A DNA stretch of 64,000 bases, taken from Camelus dromedarius. Its lineage: Eukaryota. The notes under the pieces were generated by a model. It made no database searches. It saw only the letters and a list, made by a program, of their open reading frames with translations, and was not told the DNA's origin. A program made the translations under genes and the position numbers. The stretch spans positions 99,450,001 through 99,514,000 of the forward strand of contig NC_087437.1 of NCBI RefSeq assembly GCF_036321535.1, in the 5' to 3' direction. This document shows positions 12,701-26,841 of the stretch, piece by piece; positions within the stretch are counted from its first letter, which is position 1, and every line of letters starts with the position of its first letter.

Positions 12701-15624
12701 ATTCAGAGGTAAAGTTGACAGTGTCCAACTGGAAATGATGATAGTCTATTCTCATGGAAGAACAAATCCAAGAATTTCCATAAGGAAGAGTGGGACCTAC
12801 CAGCTATGTGGGTGGAAAAGAAAGGCATTTCCAATGTGTTGATCGTGTTGATCCTGAAATTGCTCATGAATTAGAGGCCTCAGGGGTTTTGAAGAGTCTG
12901 ACAATTTTTGGGAGGGTAGGGATGAGGTGGGGGATATGTGGGGCGAGTAGTAATTTTTAGAGCACCCAACATAACTGAGTTCTTCTCTATTTTGGCTCTT
13001 CCCAAGGCTGTGTGTAATGTATTTTTCTCTGGTCATCTTGAGCTATGTCAGGGCATCTGGAACTGTGGTGTCAGGGTTGGCAGATCTTTTAGATGTGCTG
13101 TCCTGGAGTTAACCACATTTCTTCCCTTCAAACCATACTTTCTTGGAAATACTAGAGATCTGGAGGCAAAGGAACATGCCCAGGGAAACTCACACTTTTA
13201 CATTAGTGTGACTATTCAAATTTAAGTAGATTAGAATTTTTTTAAATGTAAAATTTAGTACTCTAAAGATTTCAGATGAGGCTTTTGACTATCTTGTTGG
13301 GTCATGAAGAATCGTAGAATATTTCCATCATCCCAGGGAGTTCTGTTGGACAATGTTGCTTTAGAATGTGTATGTTCTTAAGATTTCTGTGATTTTTTTA
13401 AACAATCTGACAGTCATAAGACTAGTTTTTACATTTTGAAGACTTTCAATCTAAACAAACAGCAATAATAAACAATTAACAACAACAAAATTTTTCTCTA
13501 CTTTTTTTTACTAATAGTTCTTATCATCTATGATCAGAATTTATCTTTAACTCACTCATTTCATACATAAAATTTTAATTTTCAAAAAATACCTTTCTAT
13601 TTTATATCATGGTCACAAGATTATCACCTACTAATATCTTGAGCAGTCTGTCAGTGTGATGATATAGAAATCATATTTAAAAGCTAATTCACATCTCATA
13701 AATTAAATGACTAAAGAAATATAAGATTTTTCTTTATGAATTATTAACTGAAAAATTCCAAATTTGAATTATATAATTACTGTTTTTTTTATTATGTTCA
13801 AAAATGAAGGAAAAATGTCTCATATAGACATCAATTAGAACTTCTATAAAATAAATACACTTTTTTCTGTTTAACAAATTTTGATGTACATTGAGGAGGA
13901 ATAAATTCAGCTTGTCAACATGACATTTTAAAAAATGATTTTGATTAATACTGTGAGAGGTATATCACATAACTACTATGACCCTTGAGGTGGCATTGCG
14001 TTGAAGGCATGCCATCTGCAGATAACTGGTTCTTAGTTTTAAAACTATGAAAAATACTACCAAAACTTTATTCATTTTGCATGTTACTTGATGGCCTCCA
14101 TAATTTTTGATAGTGTTTTTTCTGTTTAATGTGAAACAATGTTTGTACATGCATTTTTTTGAATCTGGAAAATACTTAGTAGTAAGGTGTTTTTACTTAA
14201 GACATGGATATAATTTTTAAATTGTGTTATTTCAGAGAAAAGTAAAGGACATCTATCTGTGTGTGCTATATGGTTTTGGCTTTTCTTAGTCAAGTATTTT
14301 CAAATATGGTCCACCATAATTTTTTTTATGACTTCCTGTTCCTCTTTATCAAAGACACTAAGGCCATTTGTATTTCCCAGAAATTTTGACTTTTAGTCTC
14401 ATGAAAGCACTGAAAAATTGAGTTTTCTCTTACTCTTTATATTGACATTAAAATATGGCAGGTTCTGCTTGGGGAGCAATTTATAATAAATGGAACTAAA
14501 TTTTACCTTGTTGAAATTAATAATGATGGCAAAATGATAATTTACTTGTTGGTCTTTCTTTAAAAAGTTTGTTATAGAACACTATAATGAATATTTCAAT
14601 AAAATTAGACTTTCAACTACAGTGTAGAAATAAATGCAGTAAAGTTTATTTTGTAAGTCTTACCCAGGGAGTGGTAGAAAACCCAGTAGAACAGTTAAAT
14701 AGTAGCAGCATGAATTTTCTGTAATAAAAGGAGAGTAAGCTACAGTTTTGGAGGGAAATATCTAGTTTTGGAGCACAAAAGGAAGCCAAGCCAGAAAGCT
14801 GTTGAAATTCTTTTTGTTGCAAGAAGCTATTAATTTTTATTCATTCTTAATTATGCTATTTTTCAGTTATTTATCTATAAATAATGCTTATAAAGATGCC
14901 TCATCACTGACACATTTCCTAAAAGCATCTTTGGGAGTCACTTCGTATATGTCCAATGGGATCAAGCTGGTGTCAGGAGCTTAAAGTTCAAGGCAGATTT
15001 TAGCTCTCCAAGATTAGAGGTGTATTATCTATTCAGGTTGTTTGGAATTTTATATTTTAAGTTGTATTTTAAATGAATTCCTGCACTATATTATCTTGGA
15101 CTCTTTGATCATTCAAGCTCTGTCACCATTTTGGTGCTTTGAGTCCATCTGCTTAGTTAAACATTTTCAAAAGAACATGGAATGGTTATACTGCTCAATT
15201 GAAAATGTTTTCCTATTCTACTTCTTCCTTCAGCTATCACATGATTAGTTCAACAGTCTACCCTCACCTAGGCTCCTTACATGTATTTTATCTTCACTAG
15301 TGTTCTGTCACTCTGGCTTTAATATCAGCCAAATTCAATTTCAGGTGCTTAATGTTAAAAACTTACACTGGAATCATATGATGTATATTTAAAGAAACTA
15401 TTAGATTTTTCCTTATAAGAGAAGGTGCCTCTGGAATTTTAAACATTTTCCTGAATGTTGCTAGAATACTCTATTTTAGAATTTTACTATGGCTAATAAT
15501 ATCATGAAATATTGTATGGTTATGGTAGTAGTATTGTCATGACCTTTATTTTTTATGACCTTTAGTTTTAGATCACTTCAGGTAAAAATATAATTTCCAT
15601 GGTGCTAGGGAATTTTGGACTTTG

Positions 15625-15850
15625 GAGACAGCTTGGTTTGGTGAAAAGAGTATCAATTTTAGTGTCAGGCTGATTGTGGACAGATCAGCCTAGCCCTGCC
15701 ACTTTACCAGCTATAGACACTCAGTTAATTCAGCTTCTCTGAGCCCTAGTTTCCTCAGGTAGAAAATAGAAATGCTACATTGTCAGACTGTGAAAAGTCT
15801 CAAATGAAGAGATGCTAAAAAGCTATCACCATGATAGTAGAATGTTAATA
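15625..15850 (+). mobile_element. MIR SINE
   Basis: 'ggtgaaaagag...ccctgccactttaccagct...cttctctgagccctagtttcctcaggtagaaaata'. Confidence 0.7.
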
Positions 15851-15989
15851 TCAGCTGGCTTCTCTTCTCATCTCTGCCTTATCTTTGTAATAGTCCTCCA
15901 GCATCATGCTGATTTTTAATGCTAACAGATACAGAATTTTAGCTCTCACCTGACTCATTCATGATCATTCTATCAGTTCCTGTATAGTT

Positions 15990-16150
15990 TATAGAATCAT
16001 AACAGGTTAGATTTAGAAGGGCCTTAAGTATCATCGAGTCTAATCTTTTACCTAAAGGCCTATAGTCTTTCAAATAATGTTTGAATATTTCTAATACTGA
16101 GAATTCTCTACTTCATACAGCAAATCATTATAATTTTTAGAAACTTAACT
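15990..16150. mobile_element. L3/CR1- or MIR3-like ancient fragment
   Basis: 'atagaatcata...tagaagggccttaagtatcatcgagtctaa' followed by 'gtttgaatatttctaatactgagaattctctacttc', similar to the shared L3/MIR3 3' region. Confidence 0.45.
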
Positions 16151-18359
16151 TGTATGATGGCCCACACATTCTAAAGAAATATTTTAGACCTTCAGATTGA
16201 ACACCAGGAAAAGTGACCTAGCCATTTCATCTTTAAAGGGATAGTCATTGACCACAAGAACCCAGAAAAGCATCTCATAATAAATGGCACAAGTTACAAC
16301 TGTGCTGATTAAAAAACATCCTCTCTGCACCTTAAGTTCTCCACTTCTCCAATCTTGGGCAGCACGGTGAGTGGGGAACTCATGGTGTGAATTGTGAAAA
16401 GAAGTAATTATATATACCCTTCCCTCTTTCTCTAACACTACAATTTCTGAGCCTGACTCAGTCCCAGCTAGAAGGGATGAAAGTATTTTTAGACCAGATC
16501 ATAACTTTTAATGCAGGAAGTTGTCTACAATAGCTGAGGCTCTTCCTAAGAATTTTTCAGGAGAAAAGCGTGTATATTCAGAGTAGCGTGAATGAAAGAC
16601 GTTGGTTAAAAAAATAAAATTGGTTTATTTTGGACTTCCTACAAAGTCAAGCTTTTTCAGTAAACCTGTTCACAAAATTTCACGTAAAACCTTGTGCATT
16701 TTTTCTTTGCAATTATACTTAATGCAACATTGACAATCTTAAAAGAAATGGATACTGGTTTTGAAATATTCATGTGTATACAGACATTTTGATTGAAGCA
16801 AAAAATGTTTAATGAAATCAAACCTTCCAGACTTTAAATTGCAATCCCAGTCACATGAATACAAATGAGCTTAAAAATAATATTACATATGTATAAAAAG
16901 TCAAATAAGGGAAATATAAATCAGCAGCTCTACTTGTATCTGTTTAATTTTAAGCCATGATAAAAGAATTGCTCTTTTGTGGCTCATTAACACACTACTA
17001 AATACCAAATCGTAACTTTTTTCCCATTTTATGTAACATTTTATTTTGCCTGATTATGTCTTCTCATAAATACACCTCTGTGACTATATGTGAAAATAAC
17101 TTATTTCTGAGAAATATTATTGGCAATAAGAAATTGGCATAGGCTAACTGTTTTAGAATTGCTATAGGCTTGTATGGAGGTCAGATTTATCACCATATAA
17201 ATTGATAACATATATATTTAATTTTATAGCTCTGTAATTGTTCTATTTCTTGTATACATATCCTAAAATATTTTTTGCTCACCTTCTCCAGTTTTCAGGT
17301 TCCCTTCTCTAGATTTTCTCTAAGATTTAGATAAATTGGTTATTATTAGTGGTAGTGACGTAATTAGAATATTTTTATGAACTCCATAAAACATTACATT
17401 GCTAGAGTAAATTATGCAGGCCAAAACAACTTCCTTCCACTCTAAATTTTCTCTCAATGGTATTGGGCTATTCAGAATTAGGTGATTTTTTTTGTATTTA
17501 GAAATATTAGTTAAGAATATAAGATTTAGAGTTGGTAACTAAATCATAATATTTAATAATATTAAAGATTTCCTAGCTTATTGTAAGATTAATCAGCATA
17601 GTTCTGTTGTCAAGTATATGTCAAAATAAACATGAAATTGAACACATAGTGCACAAAAATTGGTTAAACGTGCCAGACTTAGGAAGAAATGACTAAATAC
17701 ATGCATGAATATTTATACTGTATAGAATTTTTATTTTATATTAACAAGGACTGGTTACAAATGGGTAATTTGGTCTTTGTAGTGAATATTGTCTTTTAAT
17801 TTTATTTACACATAATATTATGGGGAAATTCTGAAATCTTAGTCTTCAAGAGATGCAAAAGAAAGGTATTCAAAAGCTGATTTGAATAAATATTCCATAT
17901 TTACCATTTTGAGGGCTTCACAGTGAGCTACATAAAGCTTTGTTGTCCAGAATACTTACTACTCGAACTTGCCCAGTAGCAGTAGATTGACATTAACGAA
18001 AAAAGTAAATATAATCCATTTTCCAAGACACTAAAATAGGCTGAATGAGGTAAAAAAAGAAGTAAAATAATTTTGAAAATGTAAAATATTGAAATGTAAG
18101 TTAATTTTATCATAGTCATCATCATTATCATTTATTTGAAGAAAGGCAGATTTTATATACCAGAATTATTTATTTTAGTTTAAATTAAAAGCTGCTTCCT
18201 GATATCTGAATTGACTCTTGTATCTACTTTTCTAAGATCTTACTGAATGAAACATGTTGATTAAGTTTTATAGTAACTCAGTTACAAGATTCATAGCTGA
18301 TAAAGCCTTAATGTAGTTTATCATTTTATAATATGAACTGACAGTTCTCTAGAGCTAGA

Positions 18360-18510
18360 CAGTTTCCAAAATGCTTTCTTAAGCATGACCTCTTTCGATT
18401 TATGCAACAGTCTGCAGTAGTAAGGAGTATCCCTCTTTTCAAGATGAAAAAATTAAGTTTCAGAGAGATTAAAGCACTTAGCTATTGGATGGCTGAATCA
18501 GAACTCAGTT
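18360..18510 (-). mobile_element. MIR fragment
   Basis: 'tcttttcaagatgaaaaaattaagtttcagagagattaaagcactt' is an antisense MIR core. Confidence 0.7.
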
Positions 18511-18519
18511 CATGTCAAG

Positions 18520-18780
18520 AGAGGGAGTCAATCAAGGTTAAGAGTCTAGACACTGGAGTCAAAGGGTCTGAGTCCAGATTAAAAATTTCCCTTTTATTAG
18601 ATGTGTGCTCTTGAGGAATTACAAAATCTCTTTGTGTCTCAGTTTCCTTAATTATTTAAATGGGAGTAATGTAAGTATTTTCCTTGTAAAATTGTGAGGA
18701 TTAAATGAGTTGGCACCTGAAAAGTGTTTTGAAGTTTTGTGTATTTTTATTGGGCACCAATAAATATCTGTTGATTATTG
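18520..18780 (+). mobile_element. MIR SINE
   Basis: 'ggttaagagtctagacactggagtca...tctctttgtgtctcagtttcct...ttgtgaggattaaatgag...caataaatat'. Confidence 0.8.
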
Positions 18781-18832
18781 CTGGTTAATAACAATTCAAC
18801 TTTGAGATTATAAATTTTAGTTATTTGATGTA

Positions 18833-19200
18833 CTGGTCAGAACTCTTTTCACCTTTAGTGAGAGACGTCTCATTTAAAGTAGCTTAAGCAAAAGAGGTGA
18901 ATTGAGGGACCCCTGAGTTGGGAAATTTGCTGTAATAAGTCACACATTTAGAGGAAGACCTGACTCTCAGATGAGATGGCACTGGAGACTCAGTTCTATC
19001 CCAGTCTATGTCTCCATTATTCATTTCTGCTGTCTCTGCTTCACTTCGTAAGTTCTCATTCTCTTCTACAGTAGGTAGGCTTTATCCCTGTCAGTCACAG
19101 GGAAAGACCCTGATGGCTCTGCTTACCTTTTTGGCCCACCCTTTTTTCTTTCTGCCAGTTATTGTCAGGAGAAATAGGAGGTCTGAGACATATGCTCTTC
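18833..19200 (-). mobile_element. Old MaLR/ERVL LTR fragment (MLT1J/K-like)
   Basis: 'gtcagaactctttt...agtgagagac...agcttaagcaaaagagg' resembles the start of antisense old MLT1 LTRs. Confidence 0.4.
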
Positions 19201-20129
19201 TCTCTGTCTAGAGGATTGGTTTGTTGTTCAGAGCAATTGGATGGAAAAAATACGCTGGTCAGAAAAAAAAAAAAAAAAAGAGAAACAAGAAGATATGAAA
19301 TAATGCACTATATTTGACTTCTTAAAAATCAAGGAAAAAAACCTTTTAAATGTTACATTAAACACTAAATCTGCTCAGTAAGGTTTTCATAAGGTCCCTT
19401 GTTCACTTTAGATGATTATTATGCCATGATACCATCATGCTTGCTAGCACCAGGCAGAGGCCTCTGAGCCTTGCCTGGCATCCAGGTGAAAGGGAGAATA
19501 TTTGCTTGTACAGTTCCATATCAGCAGACAAACAGGCTAATGGTGGTCTGATATCAAAAAACAGATCATTGTGGATATGCAGCCATCTAATTAATGAGAC
19601 ATTTACCAAACATTCACATGTTGTATTAAGATGACAGCAGAGGTTTTACTCTGATAGTTGCATAAAGTGAGTTTACAAACATAACTGCACTTCTCACTTT
19701 ATTAGTTTGTCATCAAGGTAGCACCCCAATATCACCTTTGAGCAAACATTCATATTGTTAGAATATTTAAAAAACATTCCAAGGTTTATTTTTCAAAGTG
19801 TAAAATTTAAATAAAATATTTGCCAAGCCCCTCTAGGACCTCTGTGGTTTCTGATGATACCTTGCAAGCCACTAAGTCTGCAAATTTCAGGAGACGTTGA
19901 ATTACAGAACTGTTGAATTAAAGAGTTGATTTGGAATAGTTAAAACTTCTCTTCAAAGAAAGTGAAAAAAACAAAGAAAAAGAACTATATATTTAACAAT
20001 ACAATTATCCTAAGTGGACACATACTTCAAGTTCTTCCTCACTATGCAGCTGGTTTAATGCTTATACACAATTTCTGCTCTGTACTTGGTATGAATTCCT
20101 CCTTTTCTTGCATTACATAAGTTCTGAAG

Positions 20130-20530
20130 TTTTGAACTCATCACCCTTCCCCCAAATCTGCTCTTTCTCCTATTATTTATAACTCAGTAGTTGCCCAAGT
20201 TTGAATCCTAGATAACATCCTTGACCTCTTTCTCAAGTCCCTAGTTTATATTTAATGTCAATTGAATCTGACTCCTAATAGCTCTTAATTTTTTCTATTT
20301 TTTTCTATTATTACTTTGACTCCTTTCCATTAGGCCATTATCTTTCTACTGAATTACCTAAACAGTTGGGGGTTTTGTTGTTGTTGTTGTTTTTTATTTG
20401 TTTGTTTCCTTGTTTTCAGCCTTGCCTTCTCTGATGTACTCTCCATACTTCAACACAGTGGTCTTTCTCAAATGACATTCTCATCAAGCTTGTGACTGTC
20501 ATGATGCCATCACCCTTAGAATGAAGCTTT
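20130..20530 (+). mobile_element. L2 fragment
   Basis: 'aactcatcacccttcccccaaatctgctctt', 'catccttgacctctttctc', 'ctccatacttcaacacagtggtctttctcaaatg'. Confidence 0.55.
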
Positions 20531-21004
20531 ATTTTTTGACTTGAGGTGTAAAGAGATCCTAGAGTCAATGTGATAATTGACTCTAGGTACTGTCTTTTTA
20601 ATTGTAGCTTGTATGATTCATATCCAGTTGATGGGTTAGATTGTTTAGAACTGCTCCCAAATTTTACATAAGAGATTGCCTTCATTTCATTTGTTCCAGA
20701 ATTTCTCAGAATATCTCTATTACTTTTTTCTTACAAGATTCTGTTGCATCTCTTCTAAATAGAATGACTATGTAAATAAGTTCAATTGGAAATATCTTAA
20801 CAACATGGCTGATAACACTTTATTGTTTAAAGAATCAGAAGAATTTTGATGACATCACTTAATAATAACAGGACAGAATCTATCAATCTAGTAATTAAAA
20901 AGTTCTATTATTGAATAGTTACATTTAGAAACAATTGCAGGATCCAGAAATTCAGCTTCTGAAATTGATACTATTAGCATTTCCTTTTAAGAGTTGATTT
21001 GACT

Positions 21005-21050
21005 TACACAACATTATAAGCTGACTATACTGCAATTAAAAAAAAAAAAA
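21005..21050 (+). mobile_element. Ultra-short LINE-1 3'-terminal insertion with 14-bp TSD
   Basis: 'acacaacattataagctgactatactgcaatt'+A13 is the L1 3' terminus; direct repeat gagttgatttgact at 20991-21004 and 21052-21065; preceded by TTTT/AA. Confidence 0.85.
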
Positions 21051-21289
21051 GGAGTTGATTTGACTACAGAGCAGGCATTCCTAACTGTTGATTAAGCATG
21101 CTAGAATGAATTTGTTTTTTAGAGGAGAATGATTTTTTTTAAAGAATAAATTATTTGACAATGATGTGTATTTTAGAAAAATACTTGTGCACTGTGGTTG
21201 GAATACTGATACTAGTGCCTTAACAAGTATACAAGAAAGTAGTTAAGGTTGAAGCAAAGAAAGCAAAAGGAAGACTAATAGAACAGAAG

Positions 21290-21890
21290 GTCAGAGGTAG
21301 CAGGTGATGTAAGGTTTCACCCATTTTATGGATGTGGGTTTTATTCTGAATGAGTTGGTACACCATTAGAAGTTTTGAGCAGAGAACTGACATGATATGA
21401 TTTACATTTTAACAGCTTTTCTGTAGCTTCTGAGTTAAGAGTAAGAAGCAGGGAAAGAAGCAAGGGTGGAACTTGTATGACCTGTTTTAATGCCAGTTCA
21501 ACAAACAACATGTAAGATGGTGGCACATTGGCCCAGGTTGTTAGTAGTGGAGTTGTTGAGGAGTGAGAAATAAATTTTGGAGATAAAGCCCAAGATTTTG
21601 TTGATGCATTGGGTAGCGTTAGGGTTGACTCCAAATCTTCTAGCCTGAGCAACTGACTGAACATTTTATCATGTCAAATGTAGTTACAGTCGTGTAAGTT
21701 GAGAGTGGACATCTTGGACCAGGTTTTGGGGAGAAGCTTATGATTCAAATTTGAACTGTTCAAATATATGGCAATGTTTAGTTGACATTGTATTTGAGGT
21801 TTCGAATTTAGGGGAGAGGGATATGTATTTGGATTTTGTCAGCATGTAGGGAGTATTGAAAGCCTTAAATTGAACTTGATTATCATCATT
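21290..21890 (-). mobile_element. L2 fragment
   Basis: 'ttttattctgaatgag...ccattagaagttttgagcagagaactgacatgatatgatttacattttaa', 'gactccaaatcttctagcctgagcaactg'. Confidence 0.8.
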
Positions 21891-22559
21891 AGGCTTAGGA
21901 AATAGTAAATAAATAAAGGAAAAAACCATTTGTCATTTGTAGTCATACTGTTTTATTAAATAGACAATTGGGGAAAATAGGTTTTGAAAAAGTATTTATA
22001 CTATTCTAGATTCTGTGCATTATTATATAGTCCTATAATCTGACATGGATTTATAATAAATATTAACGTGAAGGAGCTATCAAAAACAACAATAAGATTT
22101 AGAACAATATTTAAGTTAATATTCTATATTCATTTTGAGTTAGATATGCAGTCTGATATAATTTTCAAACTTTACTTTTTTTAGTCTTGCTTTCTTATCT
22201 TTCCTATGTGCAACACAATCCTATCTGTAATATCCCTGAGCCAATGCAGTCTTGCCCAAGTAGGCTGGAAATGTATATATGAAGAACCTCTCAACCCACA
22301 TGCTTAACCTCTTTCCTTGCCCCATCTTAACCCTCACCTCTGTAACAGCTCTCTGTAACTGAAAATATAGCTAGTGCAAAGGCTATCTACTTCACTCCTG
22401 CAATTATCATGTTAGAGAGAACCGTAAATTTAAACCATATTTTTTGTATATGGCTGAGAGTACTACAAGAAATTTTCCTTCTTTTTCCTCCTGTTAGCAC
22501 AGGGCTAACAGATATGCTCAGTATTATTTAGTTGAATTTACATATAACCTTATTTCTAA

Positions 22560-22710
22560 ACCTTATTGAATGTTCATAAAATCTACGTGAGGGAGGCAGG
22601 GTATATGCAGCCTTCATTTATGCACTTTGCAAAACTGAGGTTGTAGGTGTTTTGGTCCTATTTGAGGTATTAGAGCTACATAATGAAATGAGAACCCAGA
22701 TCTTCTGTTT
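22560..22710 (-). mobile_element. Degraded MIR fragment
   Basis: 'gtgagggaggcaggg...aaaactgagg...gaacccagatcttctg'. Confidence 0.5.
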
Positions 22711-25700
22711 CTATTAAATATATCTTTGGGTGTATGTGTGGTACAGTTTTGAATGTGTATATATTTCAATATATATCCACGTGAATGTACTTCCTCATAA
22801 GAAGACAGGTGATAACATACATAGTGAAATGTGTCAAAAGAAAAAACAAACTATAGATGATATTTGTTTATATAAGAAGAAATAAAAATGTGTGCAGTTA
22901 TCTATAAAGAAAGAAACTGTTGATGACTTAATTAGCATTCAAGTGAATTGAGATTTTGTGAATGATAAATTTTGTTCCTTTAAGTTTTAATCGCTCAACT
23001 ATTAGTATTTTATGTTACTCTGGAACCTTATATTAGTAAGTCTACCAATTAAGTCATTAAATTCAAAATATTGATTAAAAAGATGCAGAAATAATAAAAT
23101 AACCAATTATGGCAAGTTATACTAAAGTATTTACTTAAAAACCAAGATTTACAGATGTGTGTTTTAAAAAAGCTATAGATGACATCAGCTGTAACTAAGC
23201 AAACTCAGTCTTTACAGTTACCTAGGAAATGCAGCCTTTCACTTGAAAGTCCTATTTGATAGAATCAAGAGTAATATTCAACCTAAATTTAAATTTTATT
23301 TACATTAACAGTAAAGGCCCAAACTGTGCATTTTATTTAACTCTGTGTGTACCTTTTTTTTTTTCAAAAATTATCCCTTGCTTTGGTCGTTAATCATGTG
23401 CATTGCACAGTTTACTGACTTTTGATACCACTTTGCATTTTTGAGATAGGAAATAAAGACATTTTCTTTTAAGGGTCCTTTTGTGTTACGAATGAATCTG
23501 TCTTTGAAGAATGGTGGTGTCTTACATAGTGGATAAAAGGAAAGAAGATGAACATTGGCTTCTCGAATGTAATCTAATGCAAATGAAATTTCTTATTTAA
23601 ATAGTTTTGTGTAAATAGAACTACGTATGTAATTAGTGTTGAGCAGCATATGGAATCCATCAGGAATGTGTTTTATATGTGCATCTCAAGGACATCAGAG
23701 GAATTTTGCTTACAAATATGTATTTTAATATAACTTGCTGCTACTGACTGCAATGTTTAAAATATTTCACAGATGTCTATTTCTTGATGTTTTGAACTGT
23801 ACTTGGCTGTCACTTGGACTGTATCATTATTAAGCAATTTAAAAATATTTAGTACTATTTTATTTATTGTGTCTGTAAGTGAACTTATGCTAGCTCCATG
23901 CCTGACACCATATGCATTCAGTAGATGGTTGCGCATAGGAGGAAGGAATGAACTCTCATAAAGCTTGAAAATTCTGTAAAAACATCTTCATCTTGTAGAT
24001 TCTTATAGTTCTAAAATTTTTAAAACATTTTGACCCTAATCAATTTTGGGGCATTAGGTTTTTAGTTTGGGCACCTGATCCCTCCCATTCCCTACTATTC
24101 CATTTTATTGGAATTTTACTGTGCTGTGTTTACCCATTTGAGAAATATGAATAAAACATTGTCTTGAGATCATGTGATTAATATACAAATACATGTCAAC
24201 TGGAGGTGAAGAAGATACCCTTTCGATTGTGGAGGAATGTGATAACCATTGGCTGACTTGGTAGAGGATTTGAGTTGTAATAAAATAAATAAAAGATTAC
24301 TATTTGAATAGTCATTTATAAATACATTTTATATATGAATAAATGAAAGATTATCTAGATTCAGATAATAGATAGATTCCAGGTAAATTATATACAGATA
24401 ACACCCTGATAATTTTGTGAAACAAATTCATTGTTTAAAACGAATCAATGCTCCCTCACTTGTCACTTTGTCATGTAAAGATCGCCCTTAGCAATGGAGT
24501 CATCTCCCTCGTATCCAAATGGCTAACTCACTAGAGTGCACACAATATTTTGTAGGACCTAGATTTTAAGGAAGCAAGAGCCTCTCCCTTGAGTCTCAGC
24601 CTTGAATATGTTCCTAAGAGTATGCACCTGTATGTGATGAGTGTTAGAAAGGAGAAAGGTTGTAAAGAGTCATTACAATTAAGAGTGTGTTATTTTTCCA
24701 TCCAATTGACACTAACCAGTATTAGAGTGTGTATTCTAAGGAGTCTTGGAAGAACGTCTTGATAATTTAAAGATGTCAGAGGTTTCCTTGAGTAAAGGAA
24801 AGGTTCTGGATCACCATTCTCTCCTTTTTGCTTTTGAGCTTGTTGAGTTAATAGTTCTCTGTCTTCCTATAACTTCATGTAATGTAAGCAGAAACTCAAA
24901 TTCTGACAGAGAGGTTGGAATTTATGATACTTTTATTTGTTTAATGCTGTATTCATAATGTTTGCATAAATGAGTAACCTTGAGGAAAATAGTGTTTCCA
25001 TCATTGTGTGAGGAAGGGGAGGAAGCTGGAAATAAGCCTAAGATGAGGTCTTTTCCCCTAGGTTTTCTTAAACCACTGTATGTTAGCACATCTTTATGTA
25101 AAAAAGTAAATTTAGGAAATTAATACCACAATTAACACTATAAACTAAAGGTGATAATAAGAATGTTCAAATCTAGATTGAGTCTAATCTCAGATGCTTA
25201 GACACAGGGATTTGGGTGAGAACTCTCAGGTGGCTGAAATAAATGAAGAAAATAGGAACAGTGCCAGTTAGACCGTTGGAAGGATCCCAGAATTCAGTCC
25301 TTTAATGATGTGTTTAATGTTGCAGGGCATGTTATTGTGATATATTTTACATCAAAGTGCTAAATATTTTTGATCATTTCCAGTGATCTTCTCTGCCATC
25401 AACTTATAAAATATTCATGTTTGAAATACTCATTTATCATATGTATTTGTACATTGTATAAAATTTGAACTCAGTAATTAGAATGTCTAGTTTTGAATAA
25501 CCTTTTTTTTTAGTTAACAATATTTCTAGTCTAAACCTAGTCTAAACTAGGAAATAGATCCAAACTTCAAAATAATATATTAAGAAAGACTATGTTTTTA
25601 GAATCCAAATGTATGTTTTTGGAATCAAATTTGATATTAATTTACAAGTGGAATTTTGAATATGGGAACTATTTTAGTTTCAAAGGTAATCAAATATTTA

Positions 25701-26741
25701 CTAGGTATCATAATTTTTGTCAGTATTCAATTTCAAAGAAAACTAAACATTTTTAAGACAATTTGAAATGACTGTTTAATATATAAATTCAAAATCTTAT
25801 AAGTAAGATATATAAGTAATTAGCACACCAGTTTAAAATTATTTTAAAACTTATATTTTATATTCTTAAGTCTAAAATTATAAAGAATTCATGATGTATC
25901 ATTTTCATCATGAGTTATACAGAAGGCAGTTATAGTAGAAAACTGTCTTTTAATTCATTCATTATAATGTATAAAGCTATCATTGTAATGAAAGTTAAAA
26001 TAAGAAAGTTTAGCTACTTAGTGAAGGATGTCCAAAAAAAAAAATGTTTAACTGCTTCTTCTTAAATGAGAACTTCACATTTTCAAAACAGCAAGTTTTG
26101 TTTGTGTATAAGAGTTTTGTTTCTCCTCTATTATAAAAGAAATTAAATGACCATCATTTGGAAAATAAGGTAAAAAGGGGGAGTGGCTATGCCAATACAA
26201 CATCAGGAAGATAAAGACCTGTTTTATTCCACAGGTGAATTGAAATACAAGATTATATTAATACAGTAACATAATTTTTTCATGGTCTTATTAGTCTCTG
26301 AATTGGAATATTTTAAAAAAAATTGGGGAACCCCTATTTATTTATGAGTCTGGGAAGGTTGGTTCTCAAAGAGGATCACCCTCCTTATTGATAGGCTCTA
26401 TACAGATTAAAGAAGAATTTTGTCATTGATAATAGTAACTGATTGTGTTGCTGTGTGTTGAATATAAAGCATCACTATTTTACAAACTAAAAACGTTCTT
26501 AATTCAATTTATAAAATCGGCCATTGCTTCACCATCAATAAAAAATTATGTAAAATACTTATCCAGATTGATTAAATTTATTTGAGTTCTGAATCTTGAT
26601 TATTCTGACAACTTGTTTTTGGTGAATACTTTGAGAAAAAAAGTTATTTAAGTTACCACCTGAATTTCAGGTAGGAATAAATAATATTCCAATATACTCT
26701 TGAGGTGTTCTTGACTACTCTTAGTGCTGATGATAGATAGC

Positions 26742-26841
26742 TTAGTGGATAAGAAGGTAAAAATTGCTTACTCATCAGAGTAAATATCATAGGCTGATTA
26801 GTGGATAGGAAATTAGAAATTATTTATTCATCAGAGTAAAT
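26742..26841 (+). repeat. Diverged tandem duplication, period ~56 bp
   Basis: 'ttagtggataagaaggtaaaaattgcttactcatcagagtaaat' (26742-26785) vs 'ttagtggataggaaattagaaattatttattcatcagagtaaat' (26798-26841). Confidence 0.8.
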
